Below, one piece after another: positions 27,684-37,432 of a DNA stretch of 64,000 nucleotides. The position numbers and the translations under genes are program-made. Under the pieces are notes generated by a model. It was given only the letters and a program-made list of their open reading frames with translations. It made no database searches and had not been told where the DNA came from. The DNA comes from an uncultured Gammaproteobacteria bacterium (GTDB lineage: Bacteria > Patescibacteriota > Patescibacteriia > Magasanikbacterales > UBA922), in contig CAYQNA010000001.1 of NCBI GenBank assembly GCA_964418775.1, positions 446 to 64,445 on the forward strand, read 5' to 3'. The number at the start of each line of letters is the position of its first letter. The stretch's first letter is position 1.

Positions 27684-30038
27684 ATGAATTTGATTCACAA
27701 TAGTTTAATTTTTTTAATAACTGCCGTTACCATAGGCCTTGGCGTTTTATTTTTTTCAGTACAGCAAACACAGGCTGTGGCCGTTTTAAACCAAATATAC
27801 AGCACTAACGTGGTCTCCAGTACGATTGGTAGTACAGCTCGACAGGTACGCGTTGACCCTGCAACGGGCAAGACCTATGTGTTAGGACTTAGTACAACGG
27901 CGTTGGGCGCCATATCCGCAGACGGGTCGTCATTTTATACAATAGCCTACGACGTGTCATTGCCATCGTATACGTCAGTCGATTTCGCTGTCTCCAATAG
28001 TCGATTGTTCATTACCCTGACTGGTGGTTCTGCGTCAGGGGTTTATCGGTATGATATTAGTGGCAGTGCAGCCAATTTTGTGGCAAGCACCACCCTTGCT
28101 GCTGGGGCAACATCAGCAACGTTTGGCGACGGAGTCGTATATATTAGTAAATCAACCGCACTCGTAACCTATGATACTAGTTTAATAAAGATTGCCTCCA
28201 CCACACTGAGTAACGCCCCAAGTAAGATTGCTTATGCCAACGGAAAGTTGTTTTACATGACCTCGGCCGGTAGAATTGCCTGGAACGATTTAACTTCGAT
28301 CGACACTACGATTGCGACTATTGGCGGAAGTAGTATTGTTAAGGGTCTGGCCGCAGCAAATGACGCTAGCGCAGTTTATTTTGCCAGCAGCACATCGATT
28401 AGAAAAATATCATTAACTCTGGGTACTTTGTGGTCAATGCCAACCTCAACGTTGGTTATGGATATGAACACCAGCACAGGGAGAATAACCATAATTAATG
28501 GTGGCGGAGTGGCCTCGTTGTATGATCCAATTAATGCGGTTAGCAGTTTTGCGGTTAGTGCCAGCAGTACCGATGCGATTTTAACCTGGACAACCGGTGT
28601 TTCTGATAGTGACTTTAGGGGTGTCACAATCCGCCGCAGTAGCAGCGGTTATCCTGCAAGTGCGACCGATGGTACAGCGGTAACTTCGACAGCCACAGTT
28701 ACCAGCTTCACAGACGGCGGTTTAAGCGACGGTACCTATTATTATAGTATTTTTAATCAAACTACAGACGGGTATTACAGCAGTGCGGTAACCAGTTCGG
28801 TTACGATCGATACGACAGCACCATCTGCACCAACTTTGGCCGCAGAGGTTAGTGGTGGCACGGGTGTGAGTTTATCGTGGGACTCGCCAGCAACCACGGC
28901 GTCGTTTGTGTTGCGCCGCAGCACAGACACATACCCAACCTCTGTGTCCGATGGTACGACGGTTACATCTACTAGTTCGAGTGTGACCAGTTTTTCTGAC
29001 ACTGGGTTGTCTGATGCCATGTATTATTATAGTATTTTTGCGGCCGACAGCTATGGCAATTATTCGAGCGCGGGCACAGCGAGTGTGACAATTGATACGA
29101 CCGCGCCAAACGCTCCAACCTTGAGTGCGAGTGCAACTGGCAGTACAGTTAATTTGTCCTGGGACTCGCCAGCGACCACAGCATCGTTTGTGTTGCGGCG
29201 CAGTGCGAGTGGATTTCCTAGTTCAATTTCAGATGGTTCGGCAGTTACGTCGACAACTGAAACAAGTTTTTCTCAATCAAGTTTATCTGACGGCGTGTAC
29301 TACTACAGCATTTTTGCGGCTGATAGCCTGAGCAATTATTCAACAGCCGGAACAGCGAGTGTGACGGTTGATACTGCGGTCCGGTCAACACCGAGCAGTG
29401 GTGGCGGGGGAGCAGCGGCGGTTGTGCCTTCCGCTGCTTCGGTTGCGGCACCGCTGAGTTTTGGAATTATGAAAAGTTCGTCGCCAACAATTGGTTTACA
29501 ATTAAATGCGAATCCGGCCACTGTGCGCGGGTATGCGGTTTCGATCGACCCCACATTCAAAGACGCGAGCATTCAACCATTAAATTCCATCACAAACACG
29601 ACCATCACTTTGCCCAATAAATCCGGGGTTTATACTGTGTATTTAAAATATTTCTCGGTCACTGGGCAAGCTTCGGAAGTTTTCTCGCAAACCATAACTT
29701 ACACTGCGTCAAGCAGTGTGGGTACAACTAATAGTGCTCCAATCAATGTGAATGTTCCATCGGCTCCTAATACATTCAAGCGCACACTGCAACTCGGCAG
29801 CCAGGGGAATGATGTCAAAGCTTTACAACAATTTTTGAATACAAATGGTTACACGGTTGCACAATCTGGTGCCGGCTCGCCAGGCAAAGAGAGTACTGTC
29901 TATGGTCCAGCCACAGCCAAAGCCGTCACCAAATTCCAGGAAGTCAATGCCGTCAAAATTCTCCAACCACTCGGACTCAAAAAAGGCACTGGCGTGTTCG
30001 GCAGTGCGACAATAAAAGCGTTGAGTTCAATTATCTAG
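27684..30038 (+). CDS. Secreted protein with three tandem Fn3-like repeats and a C-terminal peptidoglycan-binding (PG_binding_1) domain
   Basis: Signal/TM, a Ser/Thr-rich β-region, three 95-aa repeats (…LSWDSPATTASFVLRRS…YYYSIFA…), and a C-terminus LQLGSQGNDVKALQQFLNTNGY…AVTKFQ matching PG-binding domain 1. Confidence 0.55.
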   Translation: MNLIHNSLIFLITAVTIGLGVLFFSVQQTQAVAVLNQIYSTNVVSSTIGSTARQVRVDPATGKTYVLGLSTTALGAISADGSSFYTIAYDVSLPSYTSVDFAVSNSRLFITLTGGSASGVYRYDISGSAANFVASTTLAAGATSATFGDGVVYISKSTALVTYDTSLIKIASTTLSNAPSKIAYANGKLFYMTSAGRIAWNDLTSIDTTIATIGGSSIVKGLAAANDASAVYFASSTSIRKISLTLGTLWSMPTSTLVMDMNTSTGRITIINGGGVASLYDPINAVSSFAVSASSTDAILTWTTGVSDSDFRGVTIRRSSSGYPASATDGTAVTSTATVTSFTDGGLSDGTYYYSIFNQTTDGYYSSAVTSSVTIDTTAPSAPTLAAEVSGGTGVSLSWDSPATTASFVLRRSTDTYPTSVSDGTTVTSTSSSVTSFSDTGLSDAMYYYSIFAADSYGNYSSAGTASVTIDTTAPNAPTLSASATGSTVNLSWDSPATTASFVLRRSASGFPSSISDGSAVTSTTETSFSQSSLSDGVYYYSIFAADSLSNYSTAGTASVTVDTAVRSTPSSGGGGAAAVVPSAASVAAPLSFGIMKSSSPTIGLQLNANPATVRGYAVSIDPTFKDASIQPLNSITNTTITLPNKSGVYTVYLKYFSVTGQASEVFSQTITYTASSSVGTTNSAPINVNVPSAPNTFKRTLQLGSQGNDVKALQQFLNTNGYTVAQSGAGSPGKESTVYGPATAKAVTKFQEVNAVKILQPLGLKKGTGVFGSATIKALSSII
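28541..29390 (+). repeat. Three tandem ~285-bp direct repeats (intragenic, encoding the Fn3-like modules)
   Basis: Near-identical stretches such as tcgtgggactcgccagcaaccacggcgtcgtttgtgttgcgccgcagc (≈28.88 kb) and tcctgggactcgccagcgaccacagcatcgtttgtgttgcggcgcagt (≈29.16 kb). Confidence 0.6.
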
Positions 30039-30620
30039 GGCTTCAAGTTCCGCCGCTACTTTTTTAAACATTTTTTCGTGCCCCGCCGCGTTGGGGTGTA
30101 ACCCGTCTGCTAAATCTTTTTTGTCTACCGCGTCACTCATTTTAAGATAAGAAACATTATTTTCGGTGCAAAAACTTTGCAAAATAGAATCGAGCGTCTC
30201 TATATTGCGATTTAAGAAAGATTTGTTGGTGTTCCAAGGGGTGGGACTTGTTTTCGTTTCGTCCACTCGGGTAAGGCCAATAAACCAGATTTTGTTTGTC
30301 AATTTTTTAGCGGCCAAATATAGATGCTTGACTGTCATTGCAAAATCACCAGGATCGGTGCGCAAACTGTTGGTTGAATGGATAAACTGCGCATCATTGA
30401 TACCAATCGCAAACACAATTACATCGACTTCGCGGGCTTTGGCTTCATGCTCAAATCTAGCCAACAGTTCGGAGGCTACTTCGCCAGAGATCCCTAAGTT
30501 GTAAACGCGAGTCTCATCGTGGCTGTTAGCCAAGGAACTTCGAAGGCGGGCAACCCAGCCGCTTTGCTCGTTGTCGCAAGCACCCCAAGTAATACTATCT
30601 CCAAAAATACAAATATTCAT
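30027..30620 (-). CDS. SGNH/GDSL-family hydrolase
   Basis: Block I GDSITWG, block V DGLHPN. Confidence 0.65.
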   Translation of the reverse strand: MNICIFGDSITWGACDNEQSGWVARLRSSLANSHDETRVYNLGISGEVASELLARFEHEAKAREVDVIVFAIGINDAQFIHSTNSLRTDPGDFAMTVKHLYLAAKKLTNKIWFIGLTRVDETKTSPTPWNTNKSFLNRNIETLDSILQSFCTENNVSYLKMSDAVDKKDLADGLHPNAAGHEKMFKKVAAELEALDN

Positions 30621-30656
30621 AATATATCAGCCTTGAAGATAGCCTTATTTTCTCTG

Positions 30657-30728
30657 AGCGGGTAGCGGGAGTCGAACCCGCGTCATCAGTTTGGAAAACT
30701 GACATAATAGCCGTTATACGATACCCGC
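30657..30728 (-). tRNA. tRNA-Trp (anticodon CCA)
   Basis: Reverse complement GCGGGTA…TACCCGC; anticodon loop TTTCCAA, T-loop GGTTCGACTCC. Confidence 0.75.
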
Positions 30729-30764
30729 GTGATGAGGAAAGAATAGGTCAAATTAAGCTTTTTG

Positions 30765-32330
30765 TCAATCCTCGAGCTGTGGCGTTCTAATTCTTTTCAT
30801 AAACTGACCCAACGGTGATTGAGCTAGCTTGATCTCGCTATCAAGAGACAAATCGTCCCGTAGGTGAGATAGCTCTTGGGCTAAGATTTTTTCAAACAGA
30901 GCTGTCTCAGTGGGGCTAAAGGCATCATAAAAGGCGTTAAGATTGGCGAAATTATTCTCTTCCTCTTGGAGCAGAAAGTGGGCAACAAAGATCTGGAAAA
31001 ATTTCTCCGCATAGTTTTTGGTTACATCGCAATACGCCTCAAGCATGGCTAGGCAGCGGCAGTATTCTCGTAGCTCAGCAGGAGTGGTGACCCTGGTTTG
31101 GCTAATATTGTATTCTAGATCTTCAAAAATTAAATCTAGCTTGAATTTAAGTGTGTGTTTAAGGTTAAGTTCGACCACTGGGTCGCTCATTTCTGGCTCT
31201 TGAATTATTCTGGTTACGTTAACTATTTCATCTAAAGTAAAAAAGTAGCGGCACAATTTAATTTTCTCTACTCGTTCCCGTAGTTGTGGCCCAAAGTGAA
31301 AATCTAGATAGGCCGGAATATGTTTGTATTGGCTAGGCTTAAGAATAAAGAGCAGAGCCTCTACTTCCCGTCCTTCTTTGGGGTAAAGACTTCGTGAGGC
31401 CAATAAAGTATCATAAATAATATTGCAGATTCTAACAAACGCCTCTTTAAATTCAGTGGTTACGATTCGACCCCGCATGCCAAGGGCCGACAGTTCCTCG
31501 ACAAAATCATAAGCCATAGCGCCGGCAGTCGAAAGCCGAGACGTAAATTCAGTGAAGTCTTCCAAAAGATATGTTTCTAGATCTGTTTCAAAATTACTAA
31601 GGTGAGCCAAAATTTCCTCCTGCAAGCAGTCAATATATTTTGAACCACTTAGATTGGGGTTTCTTTTAAATTCTGCAGATAGGTCGCGCATGCGACCCTG
31701 GGTGTCCAAGATATTGTGAATGTTTTCATGATCAATAAATCTGTCTTCGTCATATTCAGCTAATACGCCTTCTTGCTGACAAATGATGTTGAATGCATTG
31801 TCACGTATATGAAATCCAACACTTCGGTGATGGGATTCGGAGATATTTTTTCGACTTGCCTGGAATGCCTCGGGCGTAAGAACTAAACTAATACTGAAAG
31901 GTCCTTTGACTATGCGAACAATCTCGCTCTGGTGGATTGGACGGCGAGACATGGAGGAAATTGCTTTTGCCCACTCTTCCTTGCTTTGCGCGCGTTCTGA
32001 GTCGACAATTTTTTGTTTGATTTTTAGATCTTCTTTGCATTCGTTTAAATATCCTAGGAATTCCCCAAACGGTGGGCTTTCAGGGGGTTCCCCAGAGTAG
32101 TTTGATGGAAGACCAATGTATGCAAGGGCCTCCTCCCTCATTTGGTCAGGGATTAAGGCGATTGCTTGTTCCCAAGTTTTTTCCAACACATCTGGTTCAA
32201 GGGTTTCTGATTTGCTAGTGAGAAGTTTGAAAAATAAGCCAATAATTTCGGCCTTAACTTGTAGTTGCTTTAAAGATTCTCGATAAGATTCGGGTAGTTC
32301 GGCGTGGGGTAGTGGACCTCGTTCGGGCAT
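30765..32330 (-). CDS. Large cytoplasmic hypothetical protein (521 aa, no recognisable domain), AT-rich
   Basis: Long uninterrupted ORF. Composition is more AT-rich than neighbours. It lies immediately beside tRNA-Trp. Confidence 0.4.
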   Translation of the reverse strand: MPERGPLPHAELPESYRESLKQLQVKAEIIGLFFKLLTSKSETLEPDVLEKTWEQAIALIPDQMREEALAYIGLPSNYSGEPPESPPFGEFLGYLNECKEDLKIKQKIVDSERAQSKEEWAKAISSMSRRPIHQSEIVRIVKGPFSISLVLTPEAFQASRKNISESHHRSVGFHIRDNAFNIICQQEGVLAEYDEDRFIDHENIHNILDTQGRMRDLSAEFKRNPNLSGSKYIDCLQEEILAHLSNFETDLETYLLEDFTEFTSRLSTAGAMAYDFVEELSALGMRGRIVTTEFKEAFVRICNIIYDTLLASRSLYPKEGREVEALLFILKPSQYKHIPAYLDFHFGPQLRERVEKIKLCRYFFTLDEIVNVTRIIQEPEMSDPVVELNLKHTLKFKLDLIFEDLEYNISQTRVTTPAELREYCRCLAMLEAYCDVTKNYAEKFFQIFVAHFLLQEEENNFANLNAFYDAFSPTETALFEKILAQELSHLRDDLSLDSEIKLAQSPLGQFMKRIRTPQLED

Positions 32331-32539
32331 ACAATTAGTGTTGAATCATGTCGTGAGTTGGGATAATTTTAGCACAAAAAAACTGCCTTTGCTAAAGTGG
32401 CTTTTTATGCGCTGTCGGGAACTTGTCACCGCCCTGTTTGAACTGGATCGAGAACATGGTTGTCTCCTTAAAAATCCCTAAGACTTGCCAAAAAAGGCCG
32501 TTTATGCTAGTATTCCGGGGTTAAAATTATCTTTATTGT

Positions 32540-33109
32540 ATGGCAGACATTTCTGATATCCGCAAAGGCGCGGTGATCCGCCACCAGAACGACCTGTTTG
32601 TGGTGTCTGATTTTCATTTTGTGAACCCAGGTAAGGGCTCGGCTTTTACCAAAACCAAGCTCAAGAGTATTTCGACTGGCAAAGGCATGGAAATTACCTA
32701 CAAGAGTGCGGAAAATGTGGATATTGTACAGGTGCAGCGCCAGAATTTCCAATATTTGTACAAGAATGGCGAATTTTACACCTTCATGAACCAGGACAGT
32801 TACGAAAGTACTGATGTGAACGCGGATGTGGTCGGTGACGATGCCAAATATTTGAAAGAAGGCCTGGAAGTGATTGGAATTATGTACGAAGAGCGCGTGG
32901 TGGCCGTGGAGTTGCCAAAGAAAATTCAGTACAAAATTACACAGGCTGACCCAGCCGTTAAGGGTGATACTGCCGGCGGCAATGTGACTAAGGCTGCGAT
33001 TATGGACAATGGTTTGTCTGTGCAAGTGCCGATTTTCATTAAAGAAGGCGAGGAGATTTTGGTGAATACCGAAACTGGCGACTACGGTGGCCGTGTGAGT
33101 GAAAAATAA
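32540..33109 (+). CDS. efp: Translation elongation factor P
   Basis: Full-length EF-P with the KPGKG-type loop (NPGKGSAF) and three β-barrel domains. Confidence 0.9.
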   Translation: MADISDIRKGAVIRHQNDLFVVSDFHFVNPGKGSAFTKTKLKSISTGKGMEITYKSAENVDIVQVQRQNFQYLYKNGEFYTFMNQDSYESTDVNADVVGDDAKYLKEGLEVIGIMYEERVVAVELPKKIQYKITQADPAVKGDTAGGNVTKAAIMDNGLSVQVPIFIKEGEEILVNTETGDYGGRVSEK

Positions 33110-33188
33110 AGTTTGATGTAAAAAGGCCCCACTTGGGGCCTTTTTTAATCTTTACAAAATGCTTAAAATCCGCTAAGCTAGGCCACAT

Positions 33189-34832
33189 ATGCTGCGTAAT
33201 TTCTTCCAAAAAATTCCTACGATTGTGTGGGTGGTTTTGAGTTATACGGTGCTGGCGATTATGTTTACGTGGCCGCTCGCGTTGCATTTTAATACGCATT
33301 TATTGGGCGCGCCCGAAGATAACCAGCAATTTTATTGGAACTTGTGGTGGTGGCAAAAGGCGCTGGGTGATGGGCATAATCCATTTTTCACAAGCTGGTT
33401 GTTTTTTCCGCGTGGTACCAGTCTACTTTTGCACACCATTTCGCCACTCAACGCTGTCCTCGCGCAAATCTTCTCGCTGGTTTTTAATTTGGCGACGAGT
33501 TTTAATTTGCTGATTTTCTTTTCGCTCATTGTGTCGGGCGTGAGCATGTATTATTTAACACTTGATTTGGGCAAGGACAAACGCGCGGCCTGGTTGGCGG
33601 GTGTGATTTTTACGCTGGCGCCGCGGCACATTAGCCATATTTATCATCACCTGAATATTATTGGCATTCAGTTTATTCCACTCGTGATTTTGTGTTTGCG
33701 CCGTGTGTGGCAGGGGGTGCGGCCGTATTATTTTGGGGTATGGGCCGCAGTGTGGCTGATCCTTACATTTTACACGGATTTTTATAATGCGTTATACATT
33801 GGTTTGTGGTGTGTGCTGTTTGTGTTGTGGAAGTTGTTGTGGGAAAGAAAGGAATTAGGTCGAAAAATTATTGCTACCGGAGTAACAGTTATCGTAACAA
33901 TAGTCGCGTGTGCGCCGTTGATTTACCCAATGGTCAAAGAAAAAAACTCGGCCGATTATCCGGAGTGGGGTTGGGATATGTATGGCGCGAATTTGGTGTC
34001 GTTTGTGTTGCCGCCACCATATCATTGGTTGGTGGGTGAGCGTATAGCCCCGTATTACAAGCAAATTGGTTTGAACGAGTGGGAGTCCACGCATTATTTG
34101 GGTGCGGTGGTGGTGTTACTTGGTTTGTATGGTTGGTGGCGCAATCGGCGTGAGTTGTCGTTTTGGCTGGGCACGGGTGTGTTTTTTGCTGTGCTGTCGT
34201 TTGGGCCTGTGCTACGCATTTGGACTACGGCTGTGGGGAATTATTGGCCATATTATTGGATTGTGCAAAAAGTGCCGATTATTCAAATGGCTAAAACCGC
34301 GGGCCGATTTTCGATCTTTTTAATGCTCGCGCTCGCGGTTGCAGCGGCATTTGGCGCGCGCGAATTAATGACACGCTGGCAATGGCGTCACGGGACCAAG
34401 GGTGCGGTGACTGGTTTGGGTGTGATTGTGATTTTAATTGTGACTGAATTCGCGCCAGGTCCGGCACCACTCACCGAAGTGAAGGCGCCACAATTATATT
34501 ATAAAATTGCGTATGACACAGACCCGGGCGCGATTGTAGATATTCCAGCGGGCGAGTGGTTGGCGAACGAGCGGTACATGTTGTATCAAACCGTGCATGA
34601 CAAGCCAATTACAGCTGGCGCAGTGTCGCGTTCACGCAAAGATGCCGGCGAATTTTTGTGGGCGCTCAAATATACTCCAGAATATTTTAAGGAGCATGGT
34701 TTAAAATACGTGGCCTTGCACCGCGCATTTATGTCGCCCAAAGATTGGGAATTGTGGCAGGGTTGGCTGGTAGAAGCGCGATTTGTGCCAGCGGCCAATG
34801 ATGGCGACGTGGCGATTTACCGCGCGTATTGA
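33189..34832 (+). CDS. Polytopic integral membrane protein (possible GT-C-like glycosyltransferase), hypothetical
   Basis: More than ten TM helices, Trp-rich, with conserved acidic loop residues (APEDNQQFYWNLWWW). Confidence 0.35.
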   Translation: MLRNFFQKIPTIVWVVLSYTVLAIMFTWPLALHFNTHLLGAPEDNQQFYWNLWWWQKALGDGHNPFFTSWLFFPRGTSLLLHTISPLNAVLAQIFSLVFNLATSFNLLIFFSLIVSGVSMYYLTLDLGKDKRAAWLAGVIFTLAPRHISHIYHHLNIIGIQFIPLVILCLRRVWQGVRPYYFGVWAAVWLILTFYTDFYNALYIGLWCVLFVLWKLLWERKELGRKIIATGVTVIVTIVACAPLIYPMVKEKNSADYPEWGWDMYGANLVSFVLPPPYHWLVGERIAPYYKQIGLNEWESTHYLGAVVVLLGLYGWWRNRRELSFWLGTGVFFAVLSFGPVLRIWTTAVGNYWPYYWIVQKVPIIQMAKTAGRFSIFLMLALAVAAAFGARELMTRWQWRHGTKGAVTGLGVIVILIVTEFAPGPAPLTEVKAPQLYYKIAYDTDPGAIVDIPAGEWLANERYMLYQTVHDKPITAGAVSRSRKDAGEFLWALKYTPEYFKEHGLKYVALHRAFMSPKDWELWQGWLVEARFVPAANDGDVAIYRAY

Positions 34833-36661
34833 GTGGTGGCGCGAACAATGGCCGCGGCGTCGATTCCTTCGTACGTTAATAATTTTTCAGGTGTGCCGCT
34901 CATCGGAAGTTTGGTAACAGCCAGAGAAATAACCGGTGTTTTGCGCCCACTAAGCGCGGCCGCCACAGCTTCGCCAATTCCGCCCTCGGGATAATGGTCT
35001 TCTACCACAATAATGGCGCGTGTTTCGGCCGCGGCTTTTTGCAAAGTTTTTACATCAAGTGGTTTGATCGAATACAAATCAATGACGCGCGCATTGATAT
35101 TTTTTTTCTTCAGTTCGGTGTGGGCTTTGAGGGCTTCATATACTGTTACGCCCGCAGCCACAATTGTCACCGCATCATTACTACTTGATTTAAGCGTGTG
35201 ACTGCCACCGATTTTAAAGGCTTGAGTTGGTTTATAGAGTGGGGCTGCAGCACCGCGGGTCGTGCGAAGGTACACAATCCCGTCGTGTTTGGCTGCTATA
35301 ATACTCAATTTTTCTTCGGCCACGTGGTCGGCTGGGTAGAGGACAACGCTGTCGGGAATGGTGCGGAACAGTGCCAAATCTTCGAGCCCCATTTGCGAGC
35401 CGCCGTCTTGGCCAATGGAGACGCCGCAATGCGAGCCAACAAATTTTACATTTGCGCCACTGTGGCGAGTCATGCGAATTTGGTCAGCAGCACGGGTGAA
35501 AAACGCGGCAAACGTGGAGACAAACGGAATTTTTCCGCGGCGTGCTAAACCAACGGCGACGCCAACCATATTTTGCTCAGCAATATACATTTCAAAAAAG
35601 TTTTTTGGGTACGCTTTTTTAAATGTTTCGGCAAAACTCGAGTTGCTGACCTCGGCATCGAGCACAACCATGTTGGGGAAGTGCGGAAACATTTCCACGA
35701 GCGCGTGTCCGTACGCTTCGCGTGTGGAAAGTGCCTTGGCGTAATCACTGGCTTTGTCTAATTCAGCGAGTGGCTTTGTTTTTAATTTTAAAGGTTTTTT
35801 GTCCGCTGGTTTTTTGAGTGGGCAGATTAAATTAACATCAACTTTACCCAGTGATTGCAAGGCTTTTTGTAATTCAACTTCACTGAGCGCTTTGCCATGC
35901 CAGCCTTCTTTGTTTTCCAAAAAACTAACCCCTTTGCCTTTGATTGTTTTGGCAATAATTAAAAATGGGACGCGTGATTTTTGGGCTGTGGCAAATGCCT
36001 TGGTAATTTGTTTGTGGTCATGGCCATCAATTACCACTGTACTCCAACCAAATGCCTCAGCTTTTTTCTGATAATTTTTTACGTCATGGCCAAACATGGT
36101 CTCGCCGCGCTGACCCAAACGATTCACATCGACAATCGCAATTAAATTATCGAGTTTGTAATGCGCGGCACTCATCATGGCTTCCCAATTCGAGCCCTCG
36201 GCCATTTCACTGTCGCCGAGTAACACATAGGTTTTGTATGGCAATTTGTCTAAATATTTGGCATTCAGGGCCATGCCCACGCCAATCGAAAGACCCTGGC
36301 CAAGCGAACCAGTGGCTGCTTCGGTAAAGGGAAAATGTAGTGTTGGGTGACCTTCCAAACGACTGCCAAATTGGCGGAGTGTTAATAATTCTTCATTCGG
36401 AATACCACCAGCCACAGCCCACATGGCGTAGAAGAGTGGTGATGCGTGACCTTTTGAAAAAATCAGGCGGTCATTATTGGGGTGGGCCGGATTTGTGACT
36501 TCAAATTTGAAAAATCCGCCAAACATTAGCCCAGCCATCACATCAGTTGCAGACAAAGATGACGTCGGGTGCCCAGAACCAGCGGCCGTAGTCATGGTCA
36601 AAATATGGTGGCGAAGCGTTTTAGTGCATTCCAGAATTGAGACAGGCATACCCGGAAACAT
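34817..36661 (-). CDS. tkt: Transketolase
   Basis: TPP-binding GDSEMAEGSNWEA and GHP motifs plus the pyrimidine-binding and C-terminal domains. The Met at 36661 is preferred; the ORF-track extension to 36766 has no support. Confidence 0.8.
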   Translation of the reverse strand: MFPGMPVSILECTKTLRHHILTMTTAAGSGHPTSSLSATDVMAGLMFGGFFKFEVTNPAHPNNDRLIFSKGHASPLFYAMWAVAGGIPNEELLTLRQFGSRLEGHPTLHFPFTEAATGSLGQGLSIGVGMALNAKYLDKLPYKTYVLLGDSEMAEGSNWEAMMSAAHYKLDNLIAIVDVNRLGQRGETMFGHDVKNYQKKAEAFGWSTVVIDGHDHKQITKAFATAQKSRVPFLIIAKTIKGKGVSFLENKEGWHGKALSEVELQKALQSLGKVDVNLICPLKKPADKKPLKLKTKPLAELDKASDYAKALSTREAYGHALVEMFPHFPNMVVLDAEVSNSSFAETFKKAYPKNFFEMYIAEQNMVGVAVGLARRGKIPFVSTFAAFFTRAADQIRMTRHSGANVKFVGSHCGVSIGQDGGSQMGLEDLALFRTIPDSVVLYPADHVAEEKLSIIAAKHDGIVYLRTTRGAAAPLYKPTQAFKIGGSHTLKSSSNDAVTIVAAGVTVYEALKAHTELKKKNINARVIDLYSIKPLDVKTLQKAAAETRAIIVVEDHYPEGGIGEAVAAALSGRKTPVISLAVTKLPMSGTPEKLLTYEGIDAAAIVRATTQYAR

Positions 36662-36728
36662 TGACAAAAAGCGTAAAATATGATATATTCGGCCGTCTGT
36701 TGGCGCAGACACAAGAGAGGGGGCCACT

Positions 36729-37040
36729 ATGGCCAAAGAGAAAACGGATAAGAAGAAGTTCCTCATCCTCGTCGTCCTGAAGAGTTCGACGGAAGTTCAC
36801 CCGCACAACTGCGAAGTGGTAACCGAGGAGGATGCCCTCGAACACTTCCGATCGGAGAACCCGGGTGAGCAGATCTTGGCTCACTGTGTCCTCCCAGAGG
36901 ACAACTACTGGGTTAAGAAGCTCAGGCTCCTCGAGGGGCTGGGCAGCGGCGATGCGTTCTTCGATGGGTTGAACGAGCTCGTCGAGCTCATCTACTCGCT
37001 CGGCCTGGTCGCACCGATCGTTCGTCACACCGACAACTGA
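36729..37040 (+). CDS. Small hypothetical protein (103 aa) with foreign, high-GC codon usage
   Basis: Strong SD AGAGAGGGGG 7 nt before the ATG. GC3 is strongly C/G-biased, unlike all flanking genes. Followed by an intrinsic terminator. The longer antisense ORF 36621..37121 is judged an artefact of the GC skew. Confidence 0.4.
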   Translation: MAKEKTDKKKFLILVVLKSSTEVHPHNCEVVTEEDALEHFRSENPGEQILAHCVLPEDNYWVKKLRLLEGLGSGDAFFDGLNELVELIYSLGLVAPIVRHTDN

Positions 37041-37103
37041 CAACCAACCGCGCCAACGGGCCGGGGAGGAAGCGTTCAGCCGAATCCCCGTCACCATATT
37101 TTT

Positions 37104-37140
37104 AAAAAACATCCTTTGCATTTGCTCGGGATGTTTTTAT
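37104..37140. terminator. Intrinsic terminator between convergent genes
   Basis: AACATCC-(14-nt loop)-GGATGTT followed by TTTTTATTTT, with an A-run upstream. Confidence 0.5.
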
Positions 37141-37164
37141 TTTAGCACAGAAATTTGTTTATCG

Positions 37165-37431
37165 CTATGAGTTTACGTGCGTAAAACGCGACATTTGGCG
37201 ACCGTCATGTTCAATCGTGGCGAGAAACACGCTGACAGGTCTGATCCAAATTATTTTATCATCATATTCCGCTTGGTACGAAATGGCTGGCTCGCCTGTG
37301 GCTTCGATAATGCCATGCGCCACAATTGTGTAAAATTGATTGGGATTTTTGTAATGAAAATAACGCGCGCCAAGTGGAACTTGTTGTTTGAGGGTATCGA
37401 GCGCAGCGACAAATTCTTTGGTATCTTTCAT
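37165..37431 (-). CDS. DUF1653-family small protein
   Basis: …GARYFHYKNPNQFYTIVAHG…YDDKIIWIRPVSVFLATIE… matches the DUF1653 pattern (YRHYKG…WVRP…F). The in-frame upstream extension in the ORF track would overlap the aldehyde dehydrogenase gene and is rejected. Confidence 0.5.
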   Translation of the reverse strand: MKDTKEFVAALDTLKQQVPLGARYFHYKNPNQFYTIVAHGIIEATGEPAISYQAEYDDKIIWIRPVSVFLATIEHDGRQMSRFTHVNS

Positions 37432-37432
37432 A

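Noticed and set aside
34817-36766. 35-codon N-terminal extension of transketolase
   Set aside because: Hydrophobic, non-conserved extension. The Met at 36661 aligns with the transketolase N-terminus and has a promoter-like AT box upstream.
36621-37121. 166-aa minus-strand ORF overlapping the high-GC 103-aa gene
   Set aside because: Created by the GC-rich composition. It lacks an SD and would run through the terminator hairpin, whereas the plus-strand ORF has a strong SD and correct terminator placement.
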